From positions 1,488,001 to 1,552,000 of the forward strand of contig BCGN01000003.1 of NCBI GenBank assembly GCA_001599295.1: a DNA stretch of 64,000 bases, given 5' to 3'. The translations under genes and the position numbers were made by a program. The stretch comes from Sporopachydermia quercuum. Taxonomy: Eukaryota. The stretch's first letter is position 1; the number at the start of each line of letters is the position of its first letter. The notes beneath the pieces were generated by a model. It was not told where the DNA came from and did no database searches. It saw only the letters and a list, made by a program, of their open reading frames with translations. Below are positions 36,201 through 48,061 of the stretch, one piece after another.

Positions 36201-39200
36201 CAATCTTTCAATAATACCATTATTAATATTATCAAAGATCTCCTTAATAGGTTCATCAACCTTGTTAGTATATTGGGCAGCAACAGGACCATGAAGAATA
36301 CAAGTTCTTTCAACGTCTTCATCAACCACGGCGGCTAAATCTTCAGATTGCCACAAAGAGTCCTTTTTGAAATAAAACTCAAAGTTTTCATCCAAAACTG
36401 GCACAAATGGAACTGGTTTTTGTGTTGGGCGCAAAGTTAACATTAGGAAGTAATCCCGATCTTGGGCGTTAATTAGTTGTGACACAATATCAGGATAAAC
36501 TTTCGTGAGCCTTTCAATAAGGCTGAAAGGATCCTCCAAATCTGTAAACGATTGAAGAATGGCAATGTTCTTGTTGTCTATTCTTGAAGAGAAAAAACGT
36601 TCCTCTAAACGACGGATGAAGTCGCCACAGAAGTTTCTTAAAGAAAGATCAATCCATCTTTTCTCTTTCTTGACATACAATAACTCAACAATACGATTGA
36701 CGACTTCTAGATAGGTCATTTCGTCAATCTCACAAGGGGCACCAGTTGATTTCTTACCAAACCAAGTCTTTTGGAAATCGGCATTTAATTTCTTGATGAT
36801 ATAATCCTTCTTGGNCAATAAAGCAGGAACCATCTTATTCTTTGGCAAGTTAAAGATAGTCTTGTCTAATTCAGACCATAGCAGTACACCTCTAGTTGCA
36901 AGCTTATGGATTGGTTCACCCATTTCAGATAAAACGGTGATAATACCACCAGCAGGTCCCTTATAGGTCTTTTCCCACTCTTTATCAGGAACTCCCCTAG
37001 CCTTAGTAATTGCAACCTTAGAATTAGGTGAAGTATGAGCTTCTTTGGCAGTCATAACTCTGGAACCAAACAGAACACCATCGAAAGGCATTGGTGGGTA
37101 ATTGAACTCCTTGGACCATGAACCAGTTAAATACTTATAACTGTCCTCAGCACCTCCAAAACCAGAGCCGGCAATAAGAATAATATTGCTGTATCTTCTT
37201 AAACGAGAATACATCTGTAAAATAGGAGCATGGAAATCTTCAAACGAGTGATGACCACCACCTCTACCACCGGTCCATTGAACAACGATCGGGAAATTAG
37301 GGAATGTCTTGGCAATGGTAATACATGACTGGATGGCATCAACGGAACCAGGCTTCAAGCCTAAATACTTCAGACCAAGTTCTTGAATATATTCAGTAGC
37401 AACNTCTAAAGATGGAACACCAGCACCAATAGTGAGACCTTGAATAGGGAATCCCTGACTTCTTAAAGTCTTAATTAAGGGAATACCCCATTGAAGCATT
37501 CTTGGATTGACATAGATCATATTGATGGAAATACCATCACCTTTAACCTTAGAAAGTTTGACAATCTCTTCCAAAGCTCTCTGCATGGAATTTGGTTCAA
37601 AATAGCCACCTCCAGCAATCTCAATATTATAGCCGGCGTTCATAGTCGCAGCTACAAAATCAGGATGAATGGTAGTTGGTGTCATACCAGGAACCATTAA
37701 TGGTGGCTTACCTAAAAGTCGAGAAAATTTGGTATCAACAATAATAGTACTATTTTTACCTGTCTTGACCAGCTTGGGTGAAAACTCCTTGACCCAGTTG
37801 GGAGCCCACTTTATAGATTTCTCATCTTGATCGAACAGCTCTTGAACATAGCCGAATTCTGAAAGATTAGTTGCAGCATCCAAAACACCAGCAAGAATAA
37901 TCCTGGTACCAGTACCATCCTTATTACGATGTGTCAAGTTACCTAGACCAGAAACACCACCAGGACCAAAATCAAGAATATGAGTTGATTTGAAGTTAGT
38001 AGCAAGTTCCCAGTTAACAGGTAATTCTGAAATCAACTCGACACAACGAGCCATAACAGATTTTGGATAACTAGCAAGGTCTTCACCATCAAAAGTATCA
38101 TAGACAGGGATCTTGATATCTTTGGTTTCAAATTCAACTCCAGCTTTCGTTAAATCTTGAACAATAATAGGAATCGTAGGAATTAAAAGGGGAGAATGGA
38201 AAGGTGAAGTGATTGGTAAAAATCTGTTAATAAATCTCAGTTTTCTTTCAGAGTAAGGAACTCTGGCTTGGTCTAAACCAGTAGGTGCTTTTTCTCTTCT
38301 AAGGGTTACGTTCAAACCATACAGAGATTGCGGAGGACCAGAAATAACTAAATTTCTAGCTCCATTGACCAAAGATATAGAAACATGCTTTTCCTTGGGT
38401 AAATGTCTATTGGTTTCGTCAATGAACTTTTGAACTTGCTCACGAGTTAAATCACGAACAGACATCATAGGATAAGGCTTACCTTCGCCAGCTTCAATAG
38501 AGTCTTGAACTGTAGAAGGAGGTAATTCAGTGTTTGGATAGAATTGTAAACATCTTACACCAATATAGAAAAGGGTGGTCACGGCCTTAATAGATTGTTT
38601 CAAGAAAGACTCCCAATCACTTGAAGAAGAGATGGCAACAGCAGTGATAAGACCTTGAGAATGACCTGTTGCACCATTCAAACTTTCTCTTAATTCACCA
38701 GGATGAATACCTAAGACCTTGCAAATAACAGCATAATGGGCCAATTGAATAACGCAAATTAAAGGGCATGAAACAGAAATTGACAGTAAGTAATCGGTGT
38801 CAGGTGTACTATCAGGCTTCTCTAACCATTGCAAAAAGTCAAATCCTTTGGTATAGATTTTAGCAGTATCGGGATTCTGTCTGGAAAGGGCAAGTAAATG
38901 ATCTCTTAGAGCTTTAAGGAAATCATAAACTAATCCCTCATACATATCAAAGATTTCTCTCAATTCATCAAAATAATCCTCGGTATTACCTTGTCCACCA
39001 AAGATAGCATAGATACTTGCAGATTTATCTCGGCCAGCTTTAAACAAAGCAGAAGTTTGAGCTTTTATGGGTCTTCTTGCAACTAATCTTGCCAAATAGT
39101 ATGATTTGATGATTGATTTAACCTTTTGCAATGTAGTTGGGTATTCTTCATCAGTTTGAAGCTTAACAGCAACTGTATGAACGTTTTCAGTACGGAGAAA

Positions 39201-39506
39201 TCTGGTTTCGAATTCCTTAAGAATTAATTGTAAGGATTCATCATAAGGACCAGTCTGTTCGGTAACTAATGAAGCAGTGAAGCCCAAGAAAGATGCTAAT
39301 AATTCAGCAGGTGAAGATGGTTCATCATCCCCTGCAAATCCTTCAGTTGGTTCAGGCAAAGTCTTGCTAAACAATTCTTTCAATTGAGAACAATTGAAAT
39401 ATAATGATGTTGGGACTAATAATGTGTGTTCAAGTGAACCGTGAGAAAGGGTTAAAGGTCTCAATGAAGCACCTGAATGAGGTGTAGTGGTACCAGTTTG
39501 AGACAT
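33258..39506 (-). CDS. FAS1: Fatty acid synthase beta subunit
   Basis: Acetyltransferase GHSQG; enoyl reductase PGMTPTT and GGRGGGHHS; dehydratase SGDYNPIH and ITHGMYSS; malonyl/palmitoyl transferase AGHSLGEY. First ATG at 39506 (MSQTGTTTP). Confidence 0.99.
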   Translation of the reverse strand: MSQTGTTTPHSGASLRPLTLSHGSLEHTLLVPTSLYFNCSQLKELFSKTLPEPTEGFAGDDEPSSPAELLASFLGFTASLVTEQTGPYDESLQLILKEFETRFLRTENVHTVAVKLQTDEEYPTTLQKVKSIIKSYYLARLVARRPIKAQTSALFKAGRDKSASIYAIFGGQGNTEDYFDELREIFDMYEGLVYDFLKALRDHLLALSRQNPDTAKIYTKGFDFLQWLEKPDSTPDTDYLLSISVSCPLICVIQLAHYAVICKVLGIHPGELRESLNGATGHSQGLITAVAISSSSDWESFLKQSIKAVTTLFYIGVRCLQFYPNTELPPSTVQDSIEAGEGKPYPMMSVRDLTREQVQKFIDETNRHLPKEKHVSISLVNGARNLVISGPPQSLYGLNVTLRREKAPTGLDQARVPYSERKLRFINRFLPITSPFHSPLLIPTIPIIVQDLTKAGVEFETKDIKIPVYDTFDGEDLASYPKSVMARCVELISELPVNWELATNFKSTHILDFGPGGVSGLGNLTHRNKDGTGTRIILAGVLDAATNLSEFGYVQELFDQDEKSIKWAPNWVKEFSPKLVKTGKNSTIIVDTKFSRLLGKPPLMVPGMTPTTIHPDFVAATMNAGYNIEIAGGGYFEPNSMQRALEEIVKLSKVKGDGISINMIYVNPRMLQWGIPLIKTLRSQGFPIQGLTIGAGVPSLXVATEYIQELGLKYLGLKPGSVDAIQSCITIAKTFPNFPIVVQWTGGRGGGHHSFEDFHAPILQMYSRLRRYSNIILIAGSGFGGAEDSYKYLTGSWSKEFNYPPMPFDGVLFGSRVMTAKEAHTSPNSKVAITKARGVPDKEWEKTYKGPAGGIITVLSEMGEPIHKLATRGVLLWSELDKTIFNLPKNKMVPALLXKKDYIIKKLNADFQKTWFGKKSTGAPCEIDEMTYLEVVNRIVELLYVKKEKRWIDLSLRNFCGDFIRRLEERFFSSRIDNKNIAILQSFTDLEDPFSLIERLTKVYPDIVSQLINAQDRDYFLMLTLRPTQKPVPFVPVLDENFEFYFKKDSLWQSEDLAAVVDEDVERTCILHGPVAAQYTNKVDEPIKEIFDNINNGIIERLIQDQFNGDSSKIGHVQYFSDVTPVEIEQIEGVVITKKADSNVYKIPKDAGTVLPNLDDWIKLLAGGKYNWVHAFFRSKIFVQGTKHESNPAHRVFAPFYGAEVVVSNPKDAEKAVISLYQWLHGSKVKVVEVKKTSDEQIVMELIESRTADHKPVALPLLYIYNPDNGFAPISEIMEERNDRIKKFYWELWFGAAEPFDITALNIHDKFDGGEYKITAKKIIEFTHAVGNNGEAFVSRPGKVTYAPMDFAIVAGWKAIMKAIFPQDIDGDLLRLVHLSNGFSMVPGAEPLKDGDVVTTTANIRAVVNQSSGKMVEVVGTIFREGEPIMEVKSQFLYRGVYTDYNKTFQSISETPRQVYLSTAKDVAVLKSKEWFQLDDSETDLLNQTLTFRLNTDVTYKNADVFASVVTKGSILLELPSNEVKEIGVVNYEASESHGNPVLDYLERNGNTIEQPVYFENDIPLNANTELVNRSPASNEPYAVVSGDYNPIHVAPVFANYANLKGTITHGMYSSAAVRSLVEVWAANNIASRVRAFNCSFVGMVLPNENIETKLEHVGMINGRKIIKVESINRENGEPVLLGEAEVDQPVSTYVFTGQGSQEQXMGMDLYESSEVAREVWDRADRXFLNNYGFSIVNIVKNXPEELTIHFGGVKGNRIRDNYISMMFESIDNEGNLKAEKIFKEITESSTSYTFLSDTGLLSATQFTQPALTLMEKASFEDLKSKGLVPSDTMFAGHSLGEYSALASLGDIMPIESLVDVVFYRGLTMQVAVPRDSLGRSNYGMCAINPSRISSTFDDAALRFVVEHIAEQTKWLLEIVNYNVENXQYVAAGDLRALDTMTNVLNVFKLQKIDIVKLQEMMSIEEVKAHLSXIVTEVSKKSEAKPQPIDLERGFAVIPLKGISVPFHSSYLRNGVKPFERFLIKKIPKSAIRPNNLIGKYIPNLTAKPFEITKEYFEDVYKLTGSAKIKAIIDNWEQYESS

Positions 39507-42500
39507 CTTGTATGAATATATAATTTTTATGAAGTTTCGTCTATCTTGTCTTTGATGACCCACTATTCTCTATCCGATTGATTCCTTACGTTTTTGAATT
39601 AAACGCTGTGTTGTGTGGTGAATCTGTCGATTGAGCCGGATTAATGCTTAGACGACAAACAAATCTAGTACTATATTGGTTGATTCAATAAAAACAAAGT
39701 TGGGAGAAGTTTTGTTTCCTTTATTGAAATCAACTAATAAAAAAGGTAATCTGATTAAGAATTGTAACAATTCTATGATATTCTACAATATCGTCGTTGC
39801 CTTGGTTGAAAAGAAGATTAGCAGTTGATTCAACTATTTAACACCGTTCAATAATTATCAACTATCTTAATCAACTCAAAAAAAGGAACAGCAGGCTATT
39901 GTTATATTTCAACGAAAAGAATCCAAAGCAAATACACAGTACTGATTGAAGACAAGAAAGAAAAGAAATATTTATCAACAATTATTTTTACAACAAGTTG
40001 TCAATAATCTATCTCAATTAATTCTTCACGGTTTTTTCCTATGTGTTAATTGGTAATGAAACCTGATGGGTGCTTTCATAGTAAGATTTAATTTTTCACT
40101 GGTTTTGTATATAAATAAGCTTCGGAGATAGTCAAAGTTTATTTTTGTTGTGCAGTTTGTTTGTTGCCAGCAGTAACTTGTTTTAGAGTTATTATGGGAG
40201 GTACCGTGTGAGAACGATGGAGGATGGATGGAACGAACGTGAGGTTGATTGAGTGGAACAGAGGAAAAGATAGTCAATGAAGTACGGCTGTAATACAATG
40301 AGAAGTTGAAAATGTGAATGTGAATTTGTTGGTAACGTATCAAATAGTATTGGAAACATGAATGAGATGAGTGTTTTTTTGTTCCTATGTATAGTAAATC
40401 TCCACCATACCTATTGGTAGATGTTTTCAAGTTTTAGCTGTATGCTTTTTTTGGATTTACTTTATGCATTGATTCTTCTGCTAGTTCTGGCATTGTGATT
40501 GAAACACCTCATAGATAGTCATTGAATTATCTAGTTGATTGAATAATTAATACAGCAATCAATAATCGGCGCTCGTTATTTGATGTCAATCAAATCAATC
40601 TTAGGTTTCACTAATTTTCTTTGCTTATTATATGTTTGAAATTCTTGATCGGTTCAAAAGCTTCTGACAGCTGACATAAAATTGCCACACCAAAAATTAC
40701 AAGTTTCTATTGTTCACTATATAAATTTCTATCATTTAACATATTTAACATTTTAGAATTGTTGTTATTTGTTAGTATCAAGCATTGGTTAACGAGATGA
40801 GAAGCAGTATGGTTGGTGAAATGGTTCTACTGCAAAACACTCTGACAAATTAAGGTTTGATTGACCGTAGTTCTAGTGAAAAGGTAATTCACCGCGTTTG
40901 AATTGGGTTGATTTAGCAATAGATGAATTATGGAATATAGACTTGAATAGAATGGATTCTGTTACTTTTAACGTACTTCTTTAAGTCTAATAAACGTATT
41001 AGGAAATGTAAGCAGATGCAATAATAAATACCGCACTCAAGAATCAAACTATTAAGAATGAGGCATTGATTAACGTTCGCGTTGGATGAAGTATTGCTCT
41101 GCATAAACTGAGCTGAATTCTAAACTTTAAGCTGCAATTGGCATTGTTGAGCTTTTCCTTAATTATGAACATGTAAGCAAATATGGTAACTCTAAATTGG
41201 TTGAACTTCAAAATTTGTTAGTTAGTGCTAAGAATCTGTATGGAGATCTGCAACGAAAGTAGTGAATTCATTAGAAGATAGTTCCGATGAGGATGATGAT
41301 TTCATCAAGATATGGCATAGCATGACAATGAGTAGATTACAATGAATCATATCTCGATTGAAGCAATAAGTAGGCTAGTCAGTTAAGGTTAACATGTCAT
41401 TAAAGATTTGATAGACAGTGTGAGCACAGCGAATGGATCAATATCAAATAGCATTTTTTACATCCATGCTTTTCGTTAGACTAGAATTACAATCGAAATT
41501 TTTATCTTAAGAGCAAGCAGCTTAAAACTGGTATTCTCTGTTTTTAATCATCAATATTCCCTTTCCCTTAGAACAATGGGAGAAGGCTCCCTTTGTCAAT
41601 GCTTTCCTGTGGAATGAACTACATACTCATGCATAAAGTTTCATTTCATGTATATGGAAAGCCATGTATAAATCATGCACCTCTAACAACCTTATTCAAT
41701 ATTTTAAGTCAAATCTCCAACTTCATTTATAGCTCATTTACTACCGAAGACTCGTCATTAATCTAACATAACCACATCCATATCTTCACCAATAAACTCA
41801 GTCTCATTTCACACCCACACATACTTCATATCTCACACCAAAACTCAGCTCAACGCGTTCTATACTCAAATTCTAATCCTACCCTACCAACAGTGAATTT
41901 TGTTGGGCTTCGCATACTAATCCCAAGAATTCTCCTGAACCTTAATTTCCTCTGCTTGTTCAATTTTCAGGTTACCTAATCATTTAATTATCCATCCATT
42001 GTCTATTTTCAGGTGTATAAACTAGACATAGAATTTCCGGGTAATAACTCCTACTTCTCTGTGGGATAGATTCTCGAGATGGGTCTTCGAACTAGAAAGT
42101 GAAAATAAGGAACAGAAGAACGAAAATTGTTCCAGGAAAAGGAAATTTCTTGTCCAGGAACAGATGAGAAGTTTCAGAAGATGGAAACACAACAGAAGAT
42201 GTGACACAAGTGTAACAATAGAAATAACAATAACAGCAAAATAAATGTAAAAGTAAGAAAAGAAGGCTTAAAAGAAGTGCAAAAGTATCTACAAACTGCC
42301 CTTTGAATTGATGGAGAAGTTGAATGAACTGAAGTCAACATAGACAGATACGATTGAAGTACTCTGACGTCAAATAAAGGCATGAATTTAGTGNAAAATA
42401 ACAAAGTATAGCTGTTGTTTTGAAGACCGATGAATGAAGTGATTTCAAGTGAATAACTCTATCCCATCATAATATAAAAAAATAAAAACAACATATAAAG

Positions 42501-42544
42501 ACACATCAAGAGCTATAGATAATCATAAACTGACCTCATACAAG

Positions 42545-43258
42545 ATGCCAAGATCGAGATCCCGTTCGCCGTCATCAGACGTTGCTAAATCCCCTGGTCG
42601 GTCAAGATCACCACCACCAGATAGAAAAAGTTATTCAGGGAACAACGGGAGAAGCAGAAGACGACATTCTGGTAGGGACTCTTCTTCTAGATCTAGATCT
42701 CGATCTAGGTCTTTTTCGAGATCACCGTCACCGACACGTTCAAACTCAAGATCAAGATCTCCTCCACGATTCTATGGAAGAGGACGCTCGCCGTCACGGT
42801 CATGGTCCAGATCTCGATCCAGATCTAGATCCTCAGTAGGTAGGGAAAGATATAGAGCACANTCACCTTCTCATAGACGCCGATATCAAAATCCGCCCCG
42901 AACATCATCAAAAATAGCAGTGTCCAATCTACCTGCAAGAGTAAAAGTTGAGCATTTGAGAGAAATTTTCTCGAGATATGGACCTATAAAAGACATCAAC
43001 ACATCATCAAGATCAAAGCTTGACACTCAAAATAACACTCAGACAGGTTATATCATCTTTGACTATGTTGCTGATGCAGATAGAGCTATTGATTGCATGA
43101 ACCGGGGAGAAATTGATGGTAAAATTGTGAGAGTTGAAATTGTTCCTCTTAGATTGAATGGTCGTGGAGGTCCATTAGCTTCAAGTAATAAGTTTGGTAG
43201 ATCTAAATTTTCTTCTGGTGGTGATAGGTATGTGCCGAATAGTCGTCGTGATCGATGA
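42545..43258 (+). CDS. RNPS1-like SR protein (RS repeats plus one RRM)
   Basis: RSRSRS/RSPSP-rich N-terminal half, then RRM KIAVSNL...VEHLREIFSRYGPIKDI...GYIIF...ADRAIDCMNRGEIDGKIVRV, matching the RNPS1 RRM pattern. Confidence 0.75.
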   Translation: MPRSRSRSPSSDVAKSPGRSRSPPPDRKSYSGNNGRSRRRHSGRDSSSRSRSRSRSFSRSPSPTRSNSRSRSPPRFYGRGRSPSRSWSRSRSRSRSSVGRERYRAXSPSHRRRYQNPPRTSSKIAVSNLPARVKVEHLREIFSRYGPIKDINTSSRSKLDTQNNTQTGYIIFDYVADADRAIDCMNRGEIDGKIVRVEIVPLRLNGRGGPLASSNKFGRSKFSSGGDRYVPNSRRDR

Positions 43259-43526
43259 GGAAATAAATAGTATGCGTATAGCTAAGTAGCTTCCTTTTCA
43301 ATGATGCAGACAGGAGATGATAATATATGCTATTGGTATATAATCGCTTGATTGATTGATGTAAAACATTAGACTGCTACTAATACAATAAATCCTACTG
43401 GTACACTTACTGTTATTCTTAACTCTATTACATGATAAATTATGTACATTTTCATTTTGACTCCTCCTGTATACTATTTTGTGGATCTACTTACTTTACT
43501 AAAAAATGCTACCCTCATGAAAATTA

Positions 43527-45608
43527 TCAAGTAATTTGCCTCATAATTTTTGTAAGAATATTAGGTAATTCTGGTCTTTCAGAGAACGGTAAACCACGTT
43601 CAAAAGTAACGAGCCTTGTAAGCTCACGTTGACAGGATTCATCAAAATCAGAAGCAACACACAAAATAGTAAACTCTACTGTCTCTTCTGGAATCTCTCC
43701 CTCATCAAAATTATCAAATGACTCCTTCTTTGAATCACTCTTAGCTTCTCTCTCTTCTTTTAATTTTTTTTCCGCTGCCGCTTGTTTCAGTAGCTCATAA
43801 AACAAGTCCCCACGTTCTTTTCTTTCCTGAGGAGTTTTCTCAGGTATGCGAATTCTACCAACCAGATTCTTTAAAATACCTCTACCTTCAATACTGTCAT
43901 AACCCAAAGCACAGACCCTACATAATTCTGGAAAATTGATACCTATACTTGTAGATGCTTTGCTAACAATAACGTACCGCTTTTTAATAGCTGCGTGAAG
44001 AGTGATTTGAGTACCGGCTAATAGAGTACGACCAGTATCCTTGTCGTAATCAAAATTCAACGCCACAGCGGGGATATTCTCAATCTGCAACATCTGTAAA
44101 ACATGCCTTGTTGACATCCAGGGAGCTATAAGTAATAACCAACCATCAATGTTGGTTTTAGACAACTTGATGAATCCCTCAAGGTATTTATCCGTTATCT
44201 GGATCCGCTTGGCTTTATCCCATGTGCTAACTTCCCTTGAGCGATTCAAAGAGTATGCATCTGAAGATCCATCATAACTAGCAATTTCTCTGGCTAAAGA
44301 GGTGATTTCTTTCCCAAGTGTTGAATAGAAGGCTTGGGCTTTGGCTTCATCTTCACTGGTGAAAATTAGAGGCTCGAAGTTTTTGAATGGTTGATCTTTA
44401 GTATATACAAGACAATGCAAAGGAACATCCGCTAGGAAGTCGCTCCTGGTTAAAACGTTTTGTTCAGAGATATCAGTACCTAATGAAAGAACAGGTCTTC
44501 CCTTGCACCAGTTGAAGAACTGAATAACTTTCTTCAATCTCAGAGAATATGAAGAGGTGAGAAAGATGAATTTTAATGAAGGTAACTCGACATCAGAATA
44601 TATCAAACCTTTGTCGGAATAACCGGTGAAAAAGGGACCTCGTTTAAAGTTTCGGGTGTATTGAACACGTCTAGGAAGCGCAGAGAACTTTCTCCATTCC
44701 ACTACATAGTTTATTAGTTGAATAATCGCAGGTAATTTGTTATCTGCAATTCTATTGGTCTCATCGTACTTCTTTTTCGTTTCCGTTCTTGTTATGACTT
44801 CATGATATAGTCTAGGATTAGGATTTAAGATTTGACTGTCTGCTTCGTCAACTGCAATACAAGAAAGAATACCAAGATCTACCAGTTTTAATTCATGTTC
44901 TGGTTTAGAAAATATGTCAAGCAATCTGGTTGGTGTGGTGATTAAAATATGAGGATAAGGATCTTTCGTCAAAGTTTCAACTTGCTCTCTGTGTTCTTCC
45001 TCAGTTCCTCTGTACAGTGCTTGCACTAGAGAATTATGATTGTCATGATCTGGGCCAATAAATGATCTGACATACTGATAACTCTGTAAGGCAAGTTCCT
45101 TGGTTGGAACTATGTATAAAGATGTGATAGATGAGGGAAACTTTTCATTTCTCGGTAATGATAGTAGATATAGTAAAGTAGCAATTGTTCTACCTGAACC
45201 ATTTACACCTTTCATCAGAACCGAGATATTAGAAAACAGAACACTTAGCATTTCCTTCTGCGAGTTTGTCAGCTCGTTGTTGTACAGTTCTGGCAAATTT
45301 TGCTCCATATTTTCAAGAACTGATTTCTCAATTGGGAGATCTCTAAAGTACTTTATCGTCTTTGGATCGTAATTTAAGACAACGCGACGCTCATGATCCG
45401 TCTTTATTTTCTTTTGACATTCATGGGGTTTTCTTGCTTTTGAAGGTTTAATTAATCTAATACTGACTTGATGGCTTCTTGAGCAGTGGAACGGTCTACT
45501 ATCGCTGAGGAGAAACTTCTGTGATGCTTTCAATGTCATCGGAGAAGATAACAAATGATGCCTCCAGGTATCGGGAAGAGCAAGACATTTGTTCCAAGTT
45601 CTTCTCAT
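43527..45608 (-). CDS. Divergent DEAD-box helicase-like protein, probably mitochondrial
   Basis: Q motif (LTNSQ), GSGRT, PTKELALQ, TTPTRLLD and VDEAD; Arg/Ser-rich, acid-poor N-terminus from ATG 45608. The ORF-track start at 45665 is a TTG. Confidence 0.75.
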   Translation of the reverse strand: MRRTWNKCLALPDTWRHHLLSSPMTLKASQKFLLSDSRPFHCSRSHQVSIRLIKPSKARKPHECQKKIKTDHERRVVLNYDPKTIKYFRDLPIEKSVLENMEQNLPELYNNELTNSQKEMLSVLFSNISVLMKGVNGSGRTIATLLYLLSLPRNEKFPSSITSLYIVPTKELALQSYQYVRSFIGPDHDNHNSLVQALYRGTEEEHREQVETLTKDPYPHILITTPTRLLDIFSKPEHELKLVDLGILSCIAVDEADSQILNPNPRLYHEVITRTETKKKYDETNRIADNKLPAIIQLINYVVEWRKFSALPRRVQYTRNFKRGPFFTGYSDKGLIYSDVELPSLKFIFLTSSYSLRLKKVIQFFNWCKGRPVLSLGTDISEQNVLTRSDFLADVPLHCLVYTKDQPFKNFEPLIFTSEDEAKAQAFYSTLGKEITSLAREIASYDGSSDAYSLNRSREVSTWDKAKRIQITDKYLEGFIKLSKTNIDGWLLLIAPWMSTRHVLQMLQIENIPAVALNFDYDKDTGRTLLAGTQITLHAAIKKRYVIVSKASTSIGINFPELCRVCALGYDSIEGRGILKNLVGRIRIPEKTPQERKERGDLFYELLKQAAAEKKLKEEREAKSDSKKESFDNFDEGEIPEETVEFTILCVASDFDESCQRELTRLVTFERGLPFSERPELPNILTKIMRQIT

Positions 45609-46379
45609 TTTTGCTGATGATGATTGTACTAAATGCTCATATAATGCTAGCCATAGAATGTACAACTAAAATAAAACCTTCTATTTATCTATTCTTCTTT
45701 CAACCAATTCCCAGGTCTTATTATTTGCTTATTAGTTGCAATAAACGTATTTATCCTCTAAGCTCGTGAATCTACTTCAGCAATACGACAGTTGACTGAC
45801 AGTTCGTCTGACTAAACCAATTTGCTGTCAGCGCTCCTTCAATGATACAACAAATAAAGGCAAAGCAGTCAAACCTGTTATAGGACTTCAAAGTCCAACT
45901 CTTTCCATACTCCTAGTTCACCTGATAAGGCTCTTCTTTCTGTGTTCTTTTATTTGCTATCCTTGACTATGCCTCTAATGGTTCTAATACAGTAACCAAA
46001 AATTTTCGAACTTCGCTGATCGTTTATACGACGCTCTATACGATAAGATGGTAAGTGAGTTGGACACTGATTCTCTCTTTAGTGTGTAATGAGATGCAAT
46101 GTGGCATCTCAAGGATCTCTGATTACCTAATCAAATAGAAATATACATACTAAAGAGATTTTTTTGTTCATTATGGGAGAGGAAGTGAAATTTTTCTGAG
46201 AGCTGGGAGCTGGAAAGAGCAATGGATTGGAGTTATCTATTGTATATGCACATGTTGTTGAGGATGATACATATGTAATAATAGTCAGAATTCATAATAG
46301 AGACATCAATTTTATTGTGAAGATGCTAAGGCAATATAGTAGCTGTTAGAAAAATACATAGTAAATAAAAGTTCGGAGA

Positions 46380-47801
46380 ATGGTTGAAAGGTTGCAGTGT
46401 GAATACCTACTGAGGCATAAGGGTAATAGAAGATGCAATATGACCCGATCTGCTAAGGAAAAGTATTGTGCACAACATCTGTTTGTTTCAGGTAGCAAAA
46501 GAAGCACCGGAGAAGCAAATGGGGCTAACGGAGATGACAATACTAATAGAAATGGAAATAATGATCAGAAAAGAGCTCGCTTTAGAGTACCTTGTCCAGT
46601 TGATGGTTCCCATTCGGTATGGGCTGATCGACTATCAAAACATATAGCTAAATGTCCAAAGAAAAAAGGAGCTATTGATGCGGATTGGTTTAAAGAGGAC
46701 GTGAACATCGAAAATAAGAATAATGGAGTGTATAAACAAGAACTGACAGCGGATGATTGGAAGAGCTGTTTGCATCAAATTGCAACCGCAAGTAAACAGA
46801 AATATGGCGAGTATATGGCTCAGCTGTATGAAACAATGCCATTGGAACAACTGCATTTGGTGGAAATGGAGCAACGTTTAGGAGAGCTTGAGAAAAAAAA
46901 ACATGCTATACAACAGTCGTCCTTGCTAGCACATATTATTCCGAGACTACAACAGTCAGATGAGAAGGAAGAAGTCGTTATAGTTGAGTTTGGCTCTGGC
47001 AGAGGAGAACTAAGTAGATATCTAGCCAATTGTTACATAACAAAAATAATTCAGAATGAAGTAAATAGTGAGGAAACGGCTAGTGGGGCCATTCTTGGAA
47101 ATTGTCTTCCCAAACAACTGAGGTTTCTTTTAATTGATCGTTCATCAAGTAGAATGAAGTTTGATACAAAAATTGGTAAGGACTATCATGAAAAGATAAA
47201 CGATATTAGGGATAAGGTTCCAGATATCACAGGATCAGTTTTAGAGCCGATAGTAAAAAGGTTAAAATGCGATATCAAAGATTTGGATTTGGCTAAGGCC
47301 ATTCGAAGTCAATTCTCTATATCCCCAGAGAGAAAAGTGAGGATTGCTGCCATTTCAAAACATCTTTGCGGCTCTGCAACTGATCTTTCTTTGAAATGTT
47401 TGTTTAACTGCCTTCAAAGTGACAGTTTTGCCCTTGGCGGGATTATTTTTGCAATGTGCTGTCGTCAAGTCTGTTCTTCATCAATGTATCTTCAAGAATC
47501 ACATCACTTTTTCAAAGATCTCCAGCTGGATGATCCCAAAACTCTACTAGCCTTGAGTAAATCCACCAGTTGGGCTGTCTGTGGAAAGAGGGAGGATTTG
47601 GATGATGAGGATAGTAAAAATCATATCAGTGGGCTGGCATTTTCAGAGAGAGAACCAATAGGATACTGGTCTAGATGTTTAATCGATTTTTCAAGAGTTT
47701 ATGCTTTGCAGCAATTGCATTATAAAGTGAACGTTGTCAGATATGTTGATTCATCTGTCTCTTTAGAAAATCATTGTCTTCTGGCATTTCCTTCCTCTTA
47801 A
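46380..47801 (+). CDS. TRM13: tRNA:m4X 2'-O-methyltransferase
   Basis: N-terminal CCCH finger (LQCEY...RRCNM...YCAQH), CHHC finger (RVPCPVDGSHSVW...HIAKC), KHAIQQSSL, EFGSGRGELS, SKHLCGSATDL and SLENHCL. Confidence 0.95.
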   Translation: MVERLQCEYLLRHKGNRRCNMTRSAKEKYCAQHLFVSGSKRSTGEANGANGDDNTNRNGNNDQKRARFRVPCPVDGSHSVWADRLSKHIAKCPKKKGAIDADWFKEDVNIENKNNGVYKQELTADDWKSCLHQIATASKQKYGEYMAQLYETMPLEQLHLVEMEQRLGELEKKKHAIQQSSLLAHIIPRLQQSDEKEEVVIVEFGSGRGELSRYLANCYITKIIQNEVNSEETASGAILGNCLPKQLRFLLIDRSSSRMKFDTKIGKDYHEKINDIRDKVPDITGSVLEPIVKRLKCDIKDLDLAKAIRSQFSISPERKVRIAAISKHLCGSATDLSLKCLFNCLQSDSFALGGIIFAMCCRQVCSSSMYLQESHHFFKDLQLDDPKTLLALSKSTSWAVCGKREDLDDEDSKNHISGLAFSEREPIGYWSRCLIDFSRVYALQQLHYKVNVVRYVDSSVSLENHCLLAFPSS

Positions 47802-48061
47802 TGGGCAAGCAGGTCGAGGGTAGCATATACTGGAAGTAGTTTGGAGCTGCATTTAATCCACATCTAGAGAGTACCGTATTATAGATTTTATAGTATAATC
47901 ATTTAATAGAGATTAGAAGCATGGTTTTACTATATTCGCTAGCAATAAATGTAGTTCTACTGTATAAATAACAAGGAAACAAATATATTTGGCTTGAAAC
48001 TAAACATATAGTAAAGTATACTATTTCTCACTTCACAATTGAACGCTATTAATTGGTCCGT

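Noticed and set aside
40026..40430. 134-aa minus-strand ORF upstream of FAS1
   Set aside because: TTG start, no internal motif, promoter-like composition.
46048..46379. ATG|GTAAGT upstream of TRM13 as a first coding exon
   Set aside because: No canonical branch site, and no acceptor restores the frame (in-frame TAA at 46362).
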